Virus record (IMG/VR): IMGVR_UViG_3300050343_000230 | Coordinates: 13,500 to 77,499 of that record | Strand: one strand, 5' to 3' | DNA: 64,000 nucleotides | DNA from: a virus | In this document: positions 47,839-56,984 of the stretch, one piece after another | Layout of the letters: each line of letters starts with the position of its first letter | How positions within the stretch are numbered: position 1 is the first letter of the stretch | The notes under the pieces: generated by a model | What the model saw: the letters and a program-made list of their open reading frames with translations, nothing else | Database searches by the model: none | What the model was told of the DNA's origin: nothing | Translations under genes and position numbers: made by a program

Positions 47839-48111
47839 TCATTTATCCATTAATCTTTCCAGATTATTTACGGTGGATCCTTCGTATTGAGCAAGCTTGC
47901 TTTGGATGATGTTGGCATAAGACACAGCAGCTTCTACGATCTGCTCTGCATCAAGGCCTTGAGAAACCTGTGGGTTAGCAAGCAGGCCAGCTACGAGTGT
48001 AGTGACCTGCCATTCCATGCGTCCACCTAAGAACGCTGTTAAGGGCGTACCACCCTTGGTGAAGTTATCGAGGATGTAATAAATATGTTCCTCGTAATTC
48101 TTAGGGTCCAT
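47839..48111 (-). CDS. hypothetical protein
   Basis: 90-aa ORF with AAGGAG SD. Confidence 0.65.
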   Translation of the reverse strand: MDPKNYEEHIYYILDNFTKGGTPLTAFLGGRMEWQVTTLVAGLLANPQVSQGLDAEQIVEAAVSYANIIQSKLAQYEGSTVNNLERLMDK

Positions 48112-48134
48112 TGGTACAACTCCTTTTCTTTATC

Positions 48135-48422
48135 CTATTGCATGGAATACCAATAGGCATTGGATGCATTGGTGTGATACCGCTTCGCATTAATTAACTT
48201 AATGCGGCGCTCATATAATGCATTGATCTTGTCCTCGTTATAAGGAACCTCTTCTCCTTTTTCTAGTTCGATCTCTGCCACCAAGACTTCCATTTGCATG
48301 TCGATGTCAGTCACCGCATGCTTATGGCATGTCATCTTTAGGTCAGCATCCTTTTCATTAGCTGGTGCATCAAGAGTTGCGTAGAAGTTTTTCTGTAACG
48401 AAGGATGAAATTTAGTCCACAT
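48135..48422 (-). CDS. hypothetical protein
   Basis: start reassigned to MWTKFHP. Confidence 0.55.
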   Translation of the reverse strand: MWTKFHPSLQKNFYATLDAPANEKDADLKMTCHKHAVTDIDMQMEVLVAEIELEKGEEVPYNEDKINALYERRIKLINAKRYHTNASNAYWYSMQ

Positions 48423-49071
48423 TTTGGTTGAGTTGTTTGTTGAGGATACGTTTGCGACTGATGCGGTACTTTTTGATGAGGCGTACTCCTGAGGGGAGTG
48501 GCTGACCATTTTCATGGGCTGCTCGGATTGCATCGGGATTCGGTACGTGCTTATGCTTGATTTTTTCATCTGACCAAAGGATGTCTTTGCCATTGTTTGA
48601 TCTAACGATAGTGGTCGTGGTGACCTCTTCGACCATAGCGTAGGCTTCTTTGTCTTCGTTGTCCCATTCTTCTACGGGTTTCGATACCTCTAGGGCCAAT
48701 TCCGGTAGTGGACTAATGTTGAATTGGTAATTTTTACCTATCAACTTGTTATCTTCTATGCATCCCAGTTGATGCAAGCGTTCTAAGATGCCACGCAATC
48801 CTTTTACTTCTGCTTCATGATGCTTGATTGCAGCATCAAGAAGTTTTTTCTCTTCCTTACCAGTAGCAATTAATTGTTCGTGGTTGGTAAGAGCGTAATG
48901 AATGCCATCCATCTTTTCAGAACGGATCCGTGCAACTTGCTCAAGCTCAGCCAGAACCAACTGCTTTGATTCAGGAGTGAGCAAAGGCAAGCTGTGCGAC
49001 AGGCCAGCATAGTGCTTGTACAAGTCGAAGGTGTTGAGCTTGTTGAGATTAACAGCTGTGATTTGTGTCAT
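48412..49071 (-). CDS. Siphovirus Gp157-like protein
   Basis: coiled-coil N-half; PNPDAIRAAHENGQPLPSGVRL C-terminus; start MTQITAV. Confidence 0.65.
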   Translation of the reverse strand: MTQITAVNLNKLNTFDLYKHYAGLSHSLPLLTPESKQLVLAELEQVARIRSEKMDGIHYALTNHEQLIATGKEEKKLLDAAIKHHEAEVKGLRGILERLHQLGCIEDNKLIGKNYQFNISPLPELALEVSKPVEEWDNEDKEAYAMVEEVTTTTIVRSNNGKDILWSDEKIKHKHVPNPDAIRAAHENGQPLPSGVRLIKKYRISRKRILNKQLNQNVD

Positions 49072-49141
49072 CAGAATTGTGAAGTAATGTAGTTGATTGC
49101 CATTGCCATACCGAAGGCAATAGCGCTTTGAAATACCTCGG

Positions 49142-50107
49142 TCAGGATGTTGGTGACTGCTGAGAAGAAGGCTGAGAACATGATTTGAATGCGTTAGAAA
49201 CTGAAAGTAATGCGGTGTGTGGGAAAGGAACAAAGCCTTGTTCAATCATGGCATCGAATAGATCCCATGCATGTGTTTCATCGAAACGTTCTTGTGATTT
49301 GTATACCCGCCAGTATTTCAGCGGAGCATTCTGACCATGTTTAGTGAAGATAATACTGAGACGGCCATGGGTTTGACCAATCTCTGGTGGTGCATAGTAC
49401 CAAGCTGTAGCATTGTCTGCCATGTTGCCACGGCAGGATTCGATTAGTTCAGAGCGTTGTGATAGATGTGAACGATACTTGGCGAACCAAGTCATGTGTT
49501 TGCATGTGGGTTGATACCCAGGGATTTCTTCCTGTAGTTGTGGAAGCAATTGAACTTGACGTTGGAAAGAACCACAGTTGCAATAGGGCTTGGGTTCTTC
49601 AGGAGTCTCAGGTGTTTCATCAAGACCTGAACCTAAGATGTCCTTAGGATTAATCTCGGTCTTACCATCTGGTGAAATCAGATAGCCGAGATCGAATGCA
49701 CTCAAGGTGCTTTTGAGTTTTGTCTCGTCATGAATCATCGAGAACTTATTGGCCCAACGACGTTGAGCTACTGCTGAGACGAGTGCGGTACTACCTTGAG
49801 ACTGGTAATGCCAGCCTTTAAACAAGATGTAGCAATTGTTTCTCCAGATACTGGGTCCACGGAAATTTGGTCCGAGGTAAGAGAAGAAGTGCGGCAGTCG
49901 GGAGGTAAAGGTCTTGAAGGCATCGATGATTGGTCGTATGGCATACTCCTGGCTGGTGCCGTCAGTACGACACACAACAAGATCAGAACCCTTACGGAAT
50001 AAGCCACTGATGTCGGTATCATCAAATTCAGCAAACGCTCTACGGATGTTTGCACGGGAATAGATAAGTGATTGAGCTTCATTTAGTGGACTTAGTTGTG
50101 TTTCCAT
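49142..50107 (-). CDS. SWIM zinc-finger protein
   Basis: YCNCGSF...PTCKHM; start METQLSPL after a CA-rich leader. Confidence 0.7.
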   Translation of the reverse strand: METQLSPLNEAQSLIYSRANIRRAFAEFDDTDISGLFRKGSDLVVCRTDGTSQEYAIRPIIDAFKTFTSRLPHFFSYLGPNFRGPSIWRNNCYILFKGWHYQSQGSTALVSAVAQRRWANKFSMIHDETKLKSTLSAFDLGYLISPDGKTEINPKDILGSGLDETPETPEEPKPYCNCGSFQRQVQLLPQLQEEIPGYQPTCKHMTWFAKYRSHLSQRSELIESCRGNMADNATAWYYAPPEIGQTHGRLSIIFTKHGQNAPLKYWRVYKSQERFDETHAWDLFDAMIEQGFVPFPHTALLSVSNAFKSCSQPSSQQSPTS

Positions 50108-50134
50108 TGATAAGATGAAATGAAATGATGTGGT

Positions 50135-50341
50135 GTGATGTTGAACTTTGAACAATCTCCAGAAGAGGAGTTTTGGAAGTTAAGAATGCATCGTGAAATA
50201 GAGAATACAGAATCAAAAGAGGAACTCCGCACGATCGCGAAGCTCCTCGTCAGCATAGCAGCAACTAGGCAGTGTGTGATCAAAGGTCTAGTACGTGATG
50301 CACTAGACCATATGTCATCACAACATACTGTCAGCTCCTAG
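50135..50341 (+). CDS. second NblA-like protein (marine cyanophage type)
   Basis: SPEEEF...MHREIENTESKEELRTIAKLL...RQCVIKGLV two-helix NblA-like pattern. Confidence 0.45.
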   Translation: MMLNFEQSPEEEFWKLRMHREIENTESKEELRTIAKLLVSIAATRQCVIKGLVRDALDHMSSQHTVSS

Positions 50342-51328
50342 GTTGTCTCGTTGGTTGAGGACTTTGACTTCAACGGTTTCGTTAGGGTTCCCCCCTCTGG
50401 ACTCCGGAAGAATATTGACACCTTCCGCGATCCCATACGCACCATTGAGCCGACTAGCGTCTTGCTTCGAGTGCTGGTTGATGTAGTCGTTATACATCTC
50501 TTGGAATTTCCAGGTTGATTCACGATCTTCATCGGGGATAGAGAACTGATCAAGGGAGAAGGCAGCAGCTTCTTGAGTATTGAAGATAGGCTTCTCATAC
50601 TCATCAACGCAGCAGATCTCTACGTTGTTCTGACCGCGCATGTCACTGACCAAGCTGGGGGTCCAGATGGTAGTGCAATAGAACTGTTCGTTCATCATCA
50701 GTGGAACTTCAGAGCCAATAGCTTTGGAGAAACACTTAGACATATCTGACTCAAACTCTTTGAGACTGCTTGATACATCAGTACCATTCAATCCTTTAAG
50801 AGTAAGGACAATAGGAAGCTTGTGGGCTCGCTTGTTCTCTTGGGTCAAGATGTAGATCAGGTATTTAGTGCGTACAGAAAACTTACGCTTGTACATCTCA
50901 CCTTTGCTTTGTGCAAGGTCAGCTGCAATCTTGTCGGCATCCCACAGTTCTTTGACACGATCGTTGTCAAATGAACCAAGAATCTGACGCATACCTGATG
51001 TCTCTTCCACCATCAAAGGAGAGCGGAGGAGGACTTGAACCCGTGGTCGATGGAAGTTAATTCCCAGTTCCTTGGAGGTATTGGGGGGCATACCAAAGGT
51101 TTGTTCGTAGTCAAAGCTGACCGATCCTTTGTCAAAGTCTGTGACTTCCGCAGTCCAACCACAGTTGTCCAGATCGCTATTGCGAATAAACCAACCACGT
51201 TTCTTTGATTTGTTAAGGGGTTGAATAGTTACAAGCGGCTGATAACCAGCCACAAAACGCTTGTCATTAAAGAAAGCGAATGACTCAAGCGATCGTGTCG
51301 CAAGAGCTGATGAAGATTTCGTAGGCAT
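50318..51328 (-). CDS. DUF5895-like protein
   Basis: KYLIYILTQENKRAHKLPIVLTLKG; next to SSB. Confidence 0.5.
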   Translation of the reverse strand: MPTKSSSALATRSLESFAFFNDKRFVAGYQPLVTIQPLNKSKKRGWFIRNSDLDNCGWTAEVTDFDKGSVSFDYEQTFGMPPNTSKELGINFHRPRVQVLLRSPLMVEETSGMRQILGSFDNDRVKELWDADKIAADLAQSKGEMYKRKFSVRTKYLIYILTQENKRAHKLPIVLTLKGLNGTDVSSSLKEFESDMSKCFSKAIGSEVPLMMNEQFYCTTIWTPSLVSDMRGQNNVEICCVDEYEKPIFNTQEAAAFSLDQFSIPDEDRESTWKFQEMYNDYINQHSKQDASRLNGAYGIAEGVNILPESRGGNPNETVEVKVLNQRDNLGADSML

Positions 51329-51357
51329 TGAGATAGTGAGTTTGTTCAGGGTGAATT

Positions 51358-51394
51358 AACTGGGCCTTACACGCGTAACTAGCGTTGCCCAGTT
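51358..51394 (-). repeat. structured intergenic element family I, copy A
   Basis: AACUGGG-CA-ACGC-loop-GCGU-GUAAGG-CCCAGUU. Confidence 0.75.
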
Positions 51395-51410
51395 GAATGA
51401 TCAGTATAGA

Positions 51411-52310
51411 TCAGAAGGGTGCGTCGTCATCAGCAGACGCTGGAAGATCTGGTAAAGCCTGTGCTGCATTGACTTCTACGAGTTCAGCCATGCTTTCATT
51501 AGCCTTGACCCATGGATCTAAAGCTGGGACAGGAGACGGTGGTGTAGGTGCAGAAGGTGCAGGAGCGATTGCATCTTGATGTGGTGATTCATTCTGCATG
51601 GTCTGGCCACCCCACAAAGAGGTGGGCATAGACCCTGCATTTATAGTGGTGCTAGGTTTCACCTCACTAGATACACCAGACTTAGGAGCAAGTGTCATCT
51701 TGTTGACTTGAATTTTGGTTTGACTTTTTTGTTCACCGCTTGCTTTATCTACCCATGCATCGGTAACTAAACGCCCACATATTGTGAGGCCAGTACCTTT
51801 ATGGGTGAAATCACATAGCAGTTGTGCTTGGTTGTAACGATCATCTGCTTTGTTAATTGCATAAAGATTAAACAAATCAGCTTGTTGTTTGCCTGTATTA
51901 ACAGACAATGTTTGATTCGTAATCATATAACCAGAGTCAGTACAACGGAATGACCTGGAATCTGATTGATCTACGTCACGAATACAACGACCGCCAAGGA
52001 TAATCTCATTGACAATGCCAAATGTTTCGTGGCTTACTGCATAGATTGATCCACCATGAATGGTATGCTCCCTGGTTTTAAGATCATGGCGTAGTGTGCC
52101 ACCGGCAATAAACAAAGTGCTGTTCTGCTTTACAGTAGAAAGCACTCTTGCCTTATCATCCTTGCCATAGACATGTACTGTGACAGGAGTTGGTGCTTTA
52201 CCTGACGCTGGAGGTACTAAGCAGTCAATGATTACATTCGTACGCGTCTGGTCAACATAGATCTCTTTAGGATCATTTGATGCTTGGACAGAAAGATAGA
52301 CTTTGTTCAT
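51411..52310 (-). CDS. ssb: single-stranded DNA-binding protein (tandem OB folds)
   Basis: KGTGLTICGRLVTDAWVDKASGEQKS; acidic tail DDDAPF; start MNKVYL. Confidence 0.8.
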   Translation of the reverse strand: MNKVYLSVQASNDPKEIYVDQTRTNVIIDCLVPPASGKAPTPVTVHVYGKDDKARVLSTVKQNSTLFIAGGTLRHDLKTREHTIHGGSIYAVSHETFGIVNEIILGGRCIRDVDQSDSRSFRCTDSGYMITNQTLSVNTGKQQADLFNLYAINKADDRYNQAQLLCDFTHKGTGLTICGRLVTDAWVDKASGEQKSQTKIQVNKMTLAPKSGVSSEVKPSTTINAGSMPTSLWGGQTMQNESPHQDAIAPAPSAPTPPSPVPALDPWVKANESMAELVEVNAAQALPDLPASADDDAPF

Positions 52311-52335
52311 AGCTTGAGAGTTTTGTTCAGAGTAG

Positions 52336-52363
52336 CTGGGACTTACACCCAATGGATGCCCAG
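52336..52363 (-). repeat. structured intergenic element family I, copy B
   Basis: CUGGG-CA-UCCAUUGGG-UGUAAGU-CCCAG. Confidence 0.8.
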
Positions 52364-52368
52364 TTTAA

Positions 52369-54231
52369 TTAATGAGTATCAGCCCAGCAATAGCCAGTCT
52401 TTGCATCACCTTCAATCTTGCAACGGAAACCAAAGAAGTCACCAGCTTCTATGAAAGAACGCAGGACTGTACTAATGATTCCGTCTTCTAGGCCTGGTCT
52501 ACAGGATAGTTGGATCTCGTCATGGATCATGGCGTGTTGATGCCAATCTTCACCATAAACATAGCCATCTAATTCCATATTCTTTTGTACGCCAATGACT
52601 ACCTGTTTCATTAACACTGCACCAGCTGATTGCAACAATGAGTTCAGTGCTTGGTATTCACTACGGCAATACAATGGCCTGCGGTCGAGGGCCAACAAAT
52701 GCCCTCGATCCAGCAGGCTTTTAGTTAGTGAGTCTTTGAGTTCTTGAAGAGCTGGTACTCCAGAATAGAAGGATTCGATAGCAGCTTTTCCGAGAGCTTT
52801 AAGTCGCTCGTTATCTTTTTCTGTAGCATCGATAATACTACCCGCCTTAGCATGTCCGCAGCCATAAAGAATCCCATATAGAAGACGTTTACTAATGTCC
52901 CGTGTGGCAACTCCGAACATGCGTTGATTGTATGTATGGATGTCTTTAGTTTCATCGATTACTACATCACCATATTGTCCATCATCCCATAAAGCTAAAT
53001 ATCCCGCTAGACACCTAAGCTCCAAAGCTTTAGCATCAGCACCGATGAGAACCCAATCATCAGGAGCATGGAATAAAGAACGGCATTCCTTTCCGTAAGG
53101 AGAATAAACAGCAGGAATTTGTGCCGTGTTGGGATTTCTGTGGCTACATCTTCCGGTGATGCATCCATTGGTGACCACATCACCATGCATGTATCCATCT
53201 TTGGAAACCAACTTGAGCCAACCGTTCTTACCATCTTTGATTTGACCGAGCCGTTTCTTAAGTAACATGTACTCAGCAAGAGGTTTAGCCTCAGGATATG
53301 GAAGGGCCTCAAGCACATCATCATTAAGGATTGGATTTCCTTTTTCAGTTTTGTGTTCAGGTTTCCATCCATACTTGGCAGTGAAACGATCAATAAGTTG
53401 TTGTCTGGAACCAGGGTTGAATTCTTCAGTGCGTACCTTTTTGAATGGGACTCCTTTGACATAGCCTCGTTTAGTGTTGTTTACTTTGGGTGTGAACCAT
53501 TCCTCATGTTGAATAGGAGGAAAGATTTCTTTTAGTTTAAGTTCTAGTTCTTGTTTCTTAAATTCAAGTTCATCCACAAGATTAAGACATTCATCAATAT
53601 CAAAAGGAAAGCCTGATCTAATTTGTCGCTCAATGGCTTGAGCGAAGTCATGCTCCAATCGATAAGCCGATTGCTTAATGTTCTGTCGTTCGATGACTTC
53701 GTATAACTTGGTAGTGACGTTGACATCTTGTTGGCAGTACACAAGCATCTCGGTACTGTATTGAGAAAAGTCTTTGAAATCGATCTTGTTATCACTGAGT
53801 CTGTAGCCCCAGGCTTTAAGACCAGCTGTTCCCCTGAGTCCAGGCGGTACGTTTGCGTAGTGATTGAGATCGAGGTCGTATAACTTTTCTTTTGGCCATA
53901 GTAATCTGGTCGCGACGAGTGTGTCGATGACATGTGGTTTCTTTGTAAAAAAGTTTGGATAAAGTTTTTCTAAGACTGGGATGTCATAAAAGATAATATT
54001 GTGCCCTATAAGAGCATCAGCATTCCTGATAAGCTCAAGAGCACTATCAACATCGTCAGGCCCAAAGCTAAGAGTTTGTTCTCGTGCGACATCATAGATA
54101 ACGACGCAGAAGATTTGAGTAACATCATCATAGAGTCCGTCAGTTTCTAAATCAAAAACGTACCAATTTTCACTTGAAGTACTTGGCTTCAGGCTGAACG
54201 TTGAGTCCTTTATTGGCAAGCTTTTTGTCAT
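52369..54231 (-). CDS. polA: family A DNA polymerase (3'-5' exo + pol, T7-like, Tyr762 type)
   Basis: FDLETDG, GHNIIFYD, DAKALELR, KRLLYGILYG, HDEIQ. Confidence 0.95.
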   Translation of the reverse strand: MTKSLPIKDSTFSLKPSTSSENWYVFDLETDGLYDDVTQIFCVVIYDVAREQTLSFGPDDVDSALELIRNADALIGHNIIFYDIPVLEKLYPNFFTKKPHVIDTLVATRLLWPKEKLYDLDLNHYANVPPGLRGTAGLKAWGYRLSDNKIDFKDFSQYSTEMLVYCQQDVNVTTKLYEVIERQNIKQSAYRLEHDFAQAIERQIRSGFPFDIDECLNLVDELEFKKQELELKLKEIFPPIQHEEWFTPKVNNTKRGYVKGVPFKKVRTEEFNPGSRQQLIDRFTAKYGWKPEHKTEKGNPILNDDVLEALPYPEAKPLAEYMLLKKRLGQIKDGKNGWLKLVSKDGYMHGDVVTNGCITGRCSHRNPNTAQIPAVYSPYGKECRSLFHAPDDWVLIGADAKALELRCLAGYLALWDDGQYGDVVIDETKDIHTYNQRMFGVATRDISKRLLYGILYGCGHAKAGSIIDATEKDNERLKALGKAAIESFYSGVPALQELKDSLTKSLLDRGHLLALDRRPLYCRSEYQALNSLLQSAGAVLMKQVVIGVQKNMELDGYVYGEDWHQHAMIHDEIQLSCRPGLEDGIISTVLRSFIEAGDFFGFRCKIEGDAKTGYCWADTH

Positions 54232-54418
54232 TAGTGTTAATCCATTTAAGAATACTCATAGCACCTGTCTTATTAGGTGAACAGAAAGCTTTAGAAATTT
54301 GAGAAGCACGTTCGATCGGAATCAAATCAAACTTATTCTCTTCAACGTTAGGCTTAATAGCGTGGGGCACCCCGTTAATGTCGGTGGTGATCAGATAAGA
54401 CAATTGAGTTGAGGACAT
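54170..54418 (-). CDS. hypothetical protein
   Basis: 82-aa ORF. Confidence 0.55.
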   Translation of the reverse strand: MSSTQLSYLITTDINGVPHAIKPNVEENKFDLIPIERASQISKAFCSPNKTGAMSILKWINTNDKKLANKGLNVQPEAKYFK

Positions 54419-54470
54419 TTGAAATTAGAATAGCAAAGAAAAAATAGATAGCAAGTAGATAAGTGTCTAC

Positions 54471-55241
54471 TTATTTGTGGTAACCAACAAAGTCACCGTT
54501 GCGTTTGCGATCTTGAATTGATTTGCCTGCAACAGATCCCTTGGGCTGGGTGCCATGGACTAGAAGTGCAAACGGTTGAGTACCAAAACAATGACTGTCG
54601 TCGTGATCAATTGATAGACCCAGACCAGCTGCTTCCATCTGGCTGTAGACCACATGAGAGATGCGAACGAATTTGTGTGCATGACTCTTGAGTAGTGGGT
54701 CAAGGTTGCCACCTTGTGATGCAGTGAGGTAGAAGTTCTCTGGGATCTGGTCGAGGTTATTCAGCCACAGTTGTAGCTGTTTGGTGTAAGCGTAATACTT
54801 ACGAGTTGGATTCTTGCGAGCTACACGTAGCCATGCAAGGAAGTAAAGCTCTGACCAGAAATCTCCTGACTCATGGATACGAACCAGCTCAATCTTAGAC
54901 TTAGGATCTTTGGCGTCAATCGATTGTGTGATTAACATTTGTAACGCTTCAATCTTTTCTACTGGGTTGTTAATAGGCACCATGGTTTCTTTCAACATGT
55001 CCCAGTTGTGCCAACGTGCGGCACGACATTGAGGGCTTCGTGCCTCACTACTAGCAGCAAAGCAACGGTATGGTGCAGCATCAGTGTTGTTTGTCTGTGG
55101 CAGATCTTGGATCTTGCCAGTGACTCGGTCACTGAATGTCTTGCATACACCAGCATTAGGGCATGTGTACCCAGCTGGTAGTGAGAAGATCAGGCGCTTG
55201 CCAAGTTTGGCATTGCCTGTGGAAAACTTGAGTAGTGTCAT
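54471..55241 (-). CDS. GP88-like phage protein
   Basis: FSLPAGYTCPNAGVC...CFA, RIHESGDFWS, YAYTK. Confidence 0.7.
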   Translation of the reverse strand: MTLLKFSTGNAKLGKRLIFSLPAGYTCPNAGVCKTFSDRVTGKIQDLPQTNNTDAAPYRCFAASSEARSPQCRAARWHNWDMLKETMVPINNPVEKIEALQMLITQSIDAKDPKSKIELVRIHESGDFWSELYFLAWLRVARKNPTRKYYAYTKQLQLWLNNLDQIPENFYLTASQGGNLDPLLKSHAHKFVRISHVVYSQMEAAGLGLSIDHDDSHCFGTQPFALLVHGTQPKGSVAGKSIQDRKRNGDFVGYHK

Positions 55242-55270
55242 TTGATTTTGTGTGGTGTAAGTGAATGGCC

Positions 55271-55306
55271 CCAGGACTTACGCGATGCTCTACTACCGCT
55301 GCCTGG
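55271..55306 (-). repeat. structured intergenic element family I, copy C
   Basis: CCAGG-CA-GCGGU..AUCGC-GUAAGU-CCUGG. Confidence 0.8.
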
Positions 55307-55312
55307 TATAAT
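55304..55312 (+). promoter_or_regulatory. extended -10 promoter for the riboswitch/DUF4278 unit
   Basis: TGG-TATAAT 8 nt upstream of the riboswitch 5' end. Confidence 0.6.
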
Positions 55313-55320
55313 TAATGATA

Positions 55321-55370
55321 CGTTCACCTCTTAAGAGGCGCATAACAACAGGCGTGGAACGGCACCTGTT
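55321..55370 (+). ncRNA. glutamine-II (Downstream-peptide) riboswitch
   Basis: CGUUC-A-CCUC(UUAA)GAGG-CGCA..AACAGG-CGUG-GAACG-GCA-CCUGUU: P1, P2 and 3' pseudoknot, upstream of a YRG peptide. Confidence 0.85.
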
Positions 55371-55386
55371 TTATCGGAGAACTCCA

Positions 55387-55530
55387 ATGACCCTTACTTA
55401 TCGTGGTCTGACTTACGAATCTCAGTCTGGTTTGCTTACTCATTTATTGAGCAAGTATAAGAAAGAGTTACGTCGTGAGAAAGAACTTAAGAAAGATCAA
55501 GAAAGAATGGCGGCAGGTCCAGCTATTTAA
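55387..55530 (+). CDS. DUF4278 'downstream peptide' (GifB/IF17 N-terminal-like), 47 aa
   Basis: MTLTYRGLTY motif; GGAG SD; directly after the riboswitch. Confidence 0.85.
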   Translation: MTLTYRGLTYESQSGLLTHLLSKYKKELRREKELKKDQERMAAGPAI

Positions 55531-55659
55531 TAAGATAAAGAAGTAGACAGTACTGTCTACGTTTCATGTACACTTATTCATGAAGCTTTACTCGCTACCG
55601 GAAGATAGCCAGATCAGGTTAGGCGCGTGAGCCACTGAATCTTCCATTACTGGATCTAG

Positions 55660-55863
55660 CTAGCACCAGGGCCAACTTAGTTCAAGGTCTTCTTGTTCCC
55701 ACGCGGCGGGATCATAAGGACGTTGTGCTACGTAGTCTTTAAACAGGCGTTTCATTTCTTCAAATGGAACGTCTATTTCTTTGGCGATTACTGCAACATT
55801 AGTCTGTCCTTGGTAGATCAGATCAAGTGCTTGTTCCGTAGTGATTACAGTCATGTGCTTCAT
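55660..55863 (-). CDS. hypothetical HTH-like protein
   Basis: NVAVIAKEIDVPFEEMKRLF. Confidence 0.5.
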   Translation of the reverse strand: MKHMTVITTEQALDLIYQGQTNVAVIAKEIDVPFEEMKRLFKDYVAQRPYDPAAWEQEDLELSWPWC

Positions 55864-56335
55864 TGGTCATGTACTCAGGCAAGAACCAGTCACAACGGTC
55901 TTGACCTCTGTTGTTATGTTCACATTGTAGACAAGCGATAGTTTCTTGAGGTTCAGTTGTATTTGTTTGTGGTGCAATGTTGCCTTGTTCAAATACATGT
56001 TCAGGTACTTCTAGTGTTACGACTCTGTAGTCACAGTTTTGACAGTGCTTACTGCGTCGTCTGTAGTTCTGTTTAGTGATACGAGTAGTAATCACTTTAA
56101 GAAAGTGTTGGTTGCATACAGGACAAGCTTCAGTAAAGCCTTTCCTTGCAGCAGTGATACGTTCAGATTCTGTTTTAACAACAGCAGGTTTGCGATGTAC
56201 CTTGGATGCACATACAGTCGAGCAATAAGTTTTAATACGACCGCGTCTGATGTTGTTATTGTGTTGCCATTTTGGACGTGTAAATAACACGCCACATTTG
56301 ACACACGTTAACTCAACAGGAGGAACTCTTTTCAT
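55823..56335 (-). CDS. multi-Zn-finger protein with an NrdR-like zinc ribbon
   Basis: CPVC...VITTR...RRRSKHCQNCDYRVVTLE. Confidence 0.6.
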   Translation of the reverse strand: MKRVPPVELTCVKCGVLFTRPKWQHNNNIRRGRIKTYCSTVCASKVHRKPAVVKTESERITAARKGFTEACPVCNQHFLKVITTRITKQNYRRRSKHCQNCDYRVVTLEVPEHVFEQGNIAPQTNTTEPQETIACLQCEHNNRGQDRCDWFLPEYMTNEAHDCNHYGTST

Positions 56336-56984
56336 TGGGCCACATTGATTGTGAGATGATTGGGAATTGTTTGGTGAAGATTACTTTGCAAGCATCAGCA
56401 ATCTCTTTGTGTTCTTGTTGCGTACCATTAGAAGTACGCAGATCTATGTAATGCATCCATGATCGGAGTGTACCGCTCATGAATAATTTTGTTGGTGAGG
56501 CTAAAGGCAATAAAAATCTTGCTGATTCCTTTGCAATACCATCAGATAACATCTCTTGATATAGATGTTCAGCGTCTTCAAAGAGACAGCTGGTTCGACG
56601 GTAGTACTCAGCAAGCTTGGACTTGCCTATCTTTTCAACTAGATCATCATTAGAGTTCTGCCTGTTCTTGATGTCTTGTGAACGTAGATGAGGAACAGTT
56701 GCATTACCAATTGCATTGGTGTTTGCATACCGTTGAGAGAATTCTTGGAAGCTAAAGCTTCTATGTCTCAGTATCTGTGGTGAGATACCACGTGTTGTAT
56801 GGATTTCTAAGCACATGGATGCCATCTCAAATGGACTCCAGTGCTTATGTTTGATTAGATAAGACAGTAGACGTGGACTGGTAGTTGTGTTCTTTGCATT
56901 GGCAGGGGCGCTGACGCGAGCCATCTCTACGATGAGAGGCTCTGCCATTTGTGTTGCCCATACCAATGAAACAGTTGGTGTCAT
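56313..56984 (-). CDS. thyX: FAD-dependent thymidylate synthase
   Basis: HWSPFE, RHRSFSFQEFSQRY motif, ESARFLLP; start MTPTVSL. Confidence 0.95.
   Translation of the reverse strand: MTPTVSLVWATQMAEPLIVEMARVSAPANAKNTTTSPRLLSYLIKHKHWSPFEMASMCLEIHTTRGISPQILRHRSFSFQEFSQRYANTNAIGNATVPHLRSQDIKNRQNSNDDLVEKIGKSKLAEYYRRTSCLFEDAEHLYQEMLSDGIAKESARFLLPLASPTKLFMSGTLRSWMHYIDLRTSNGTQQEHKEIADACKVIFTKQFPIISQSMWPNEKSSSC

Noticed and set aside
55315-55386. N-terminal 24 aa of the ORF-track protein 55315..55530
   Set aside because: This stretch is the riboswitch; the real start is the ATG at 55387 after GGAG.
54453-55560. GTA...TAC palindromes (54455, 55306, 55543) as NtcA boxes
   Set aside because: Spacers are 10, 10 and 12 nt rather than the required GTA-N8-TAC.
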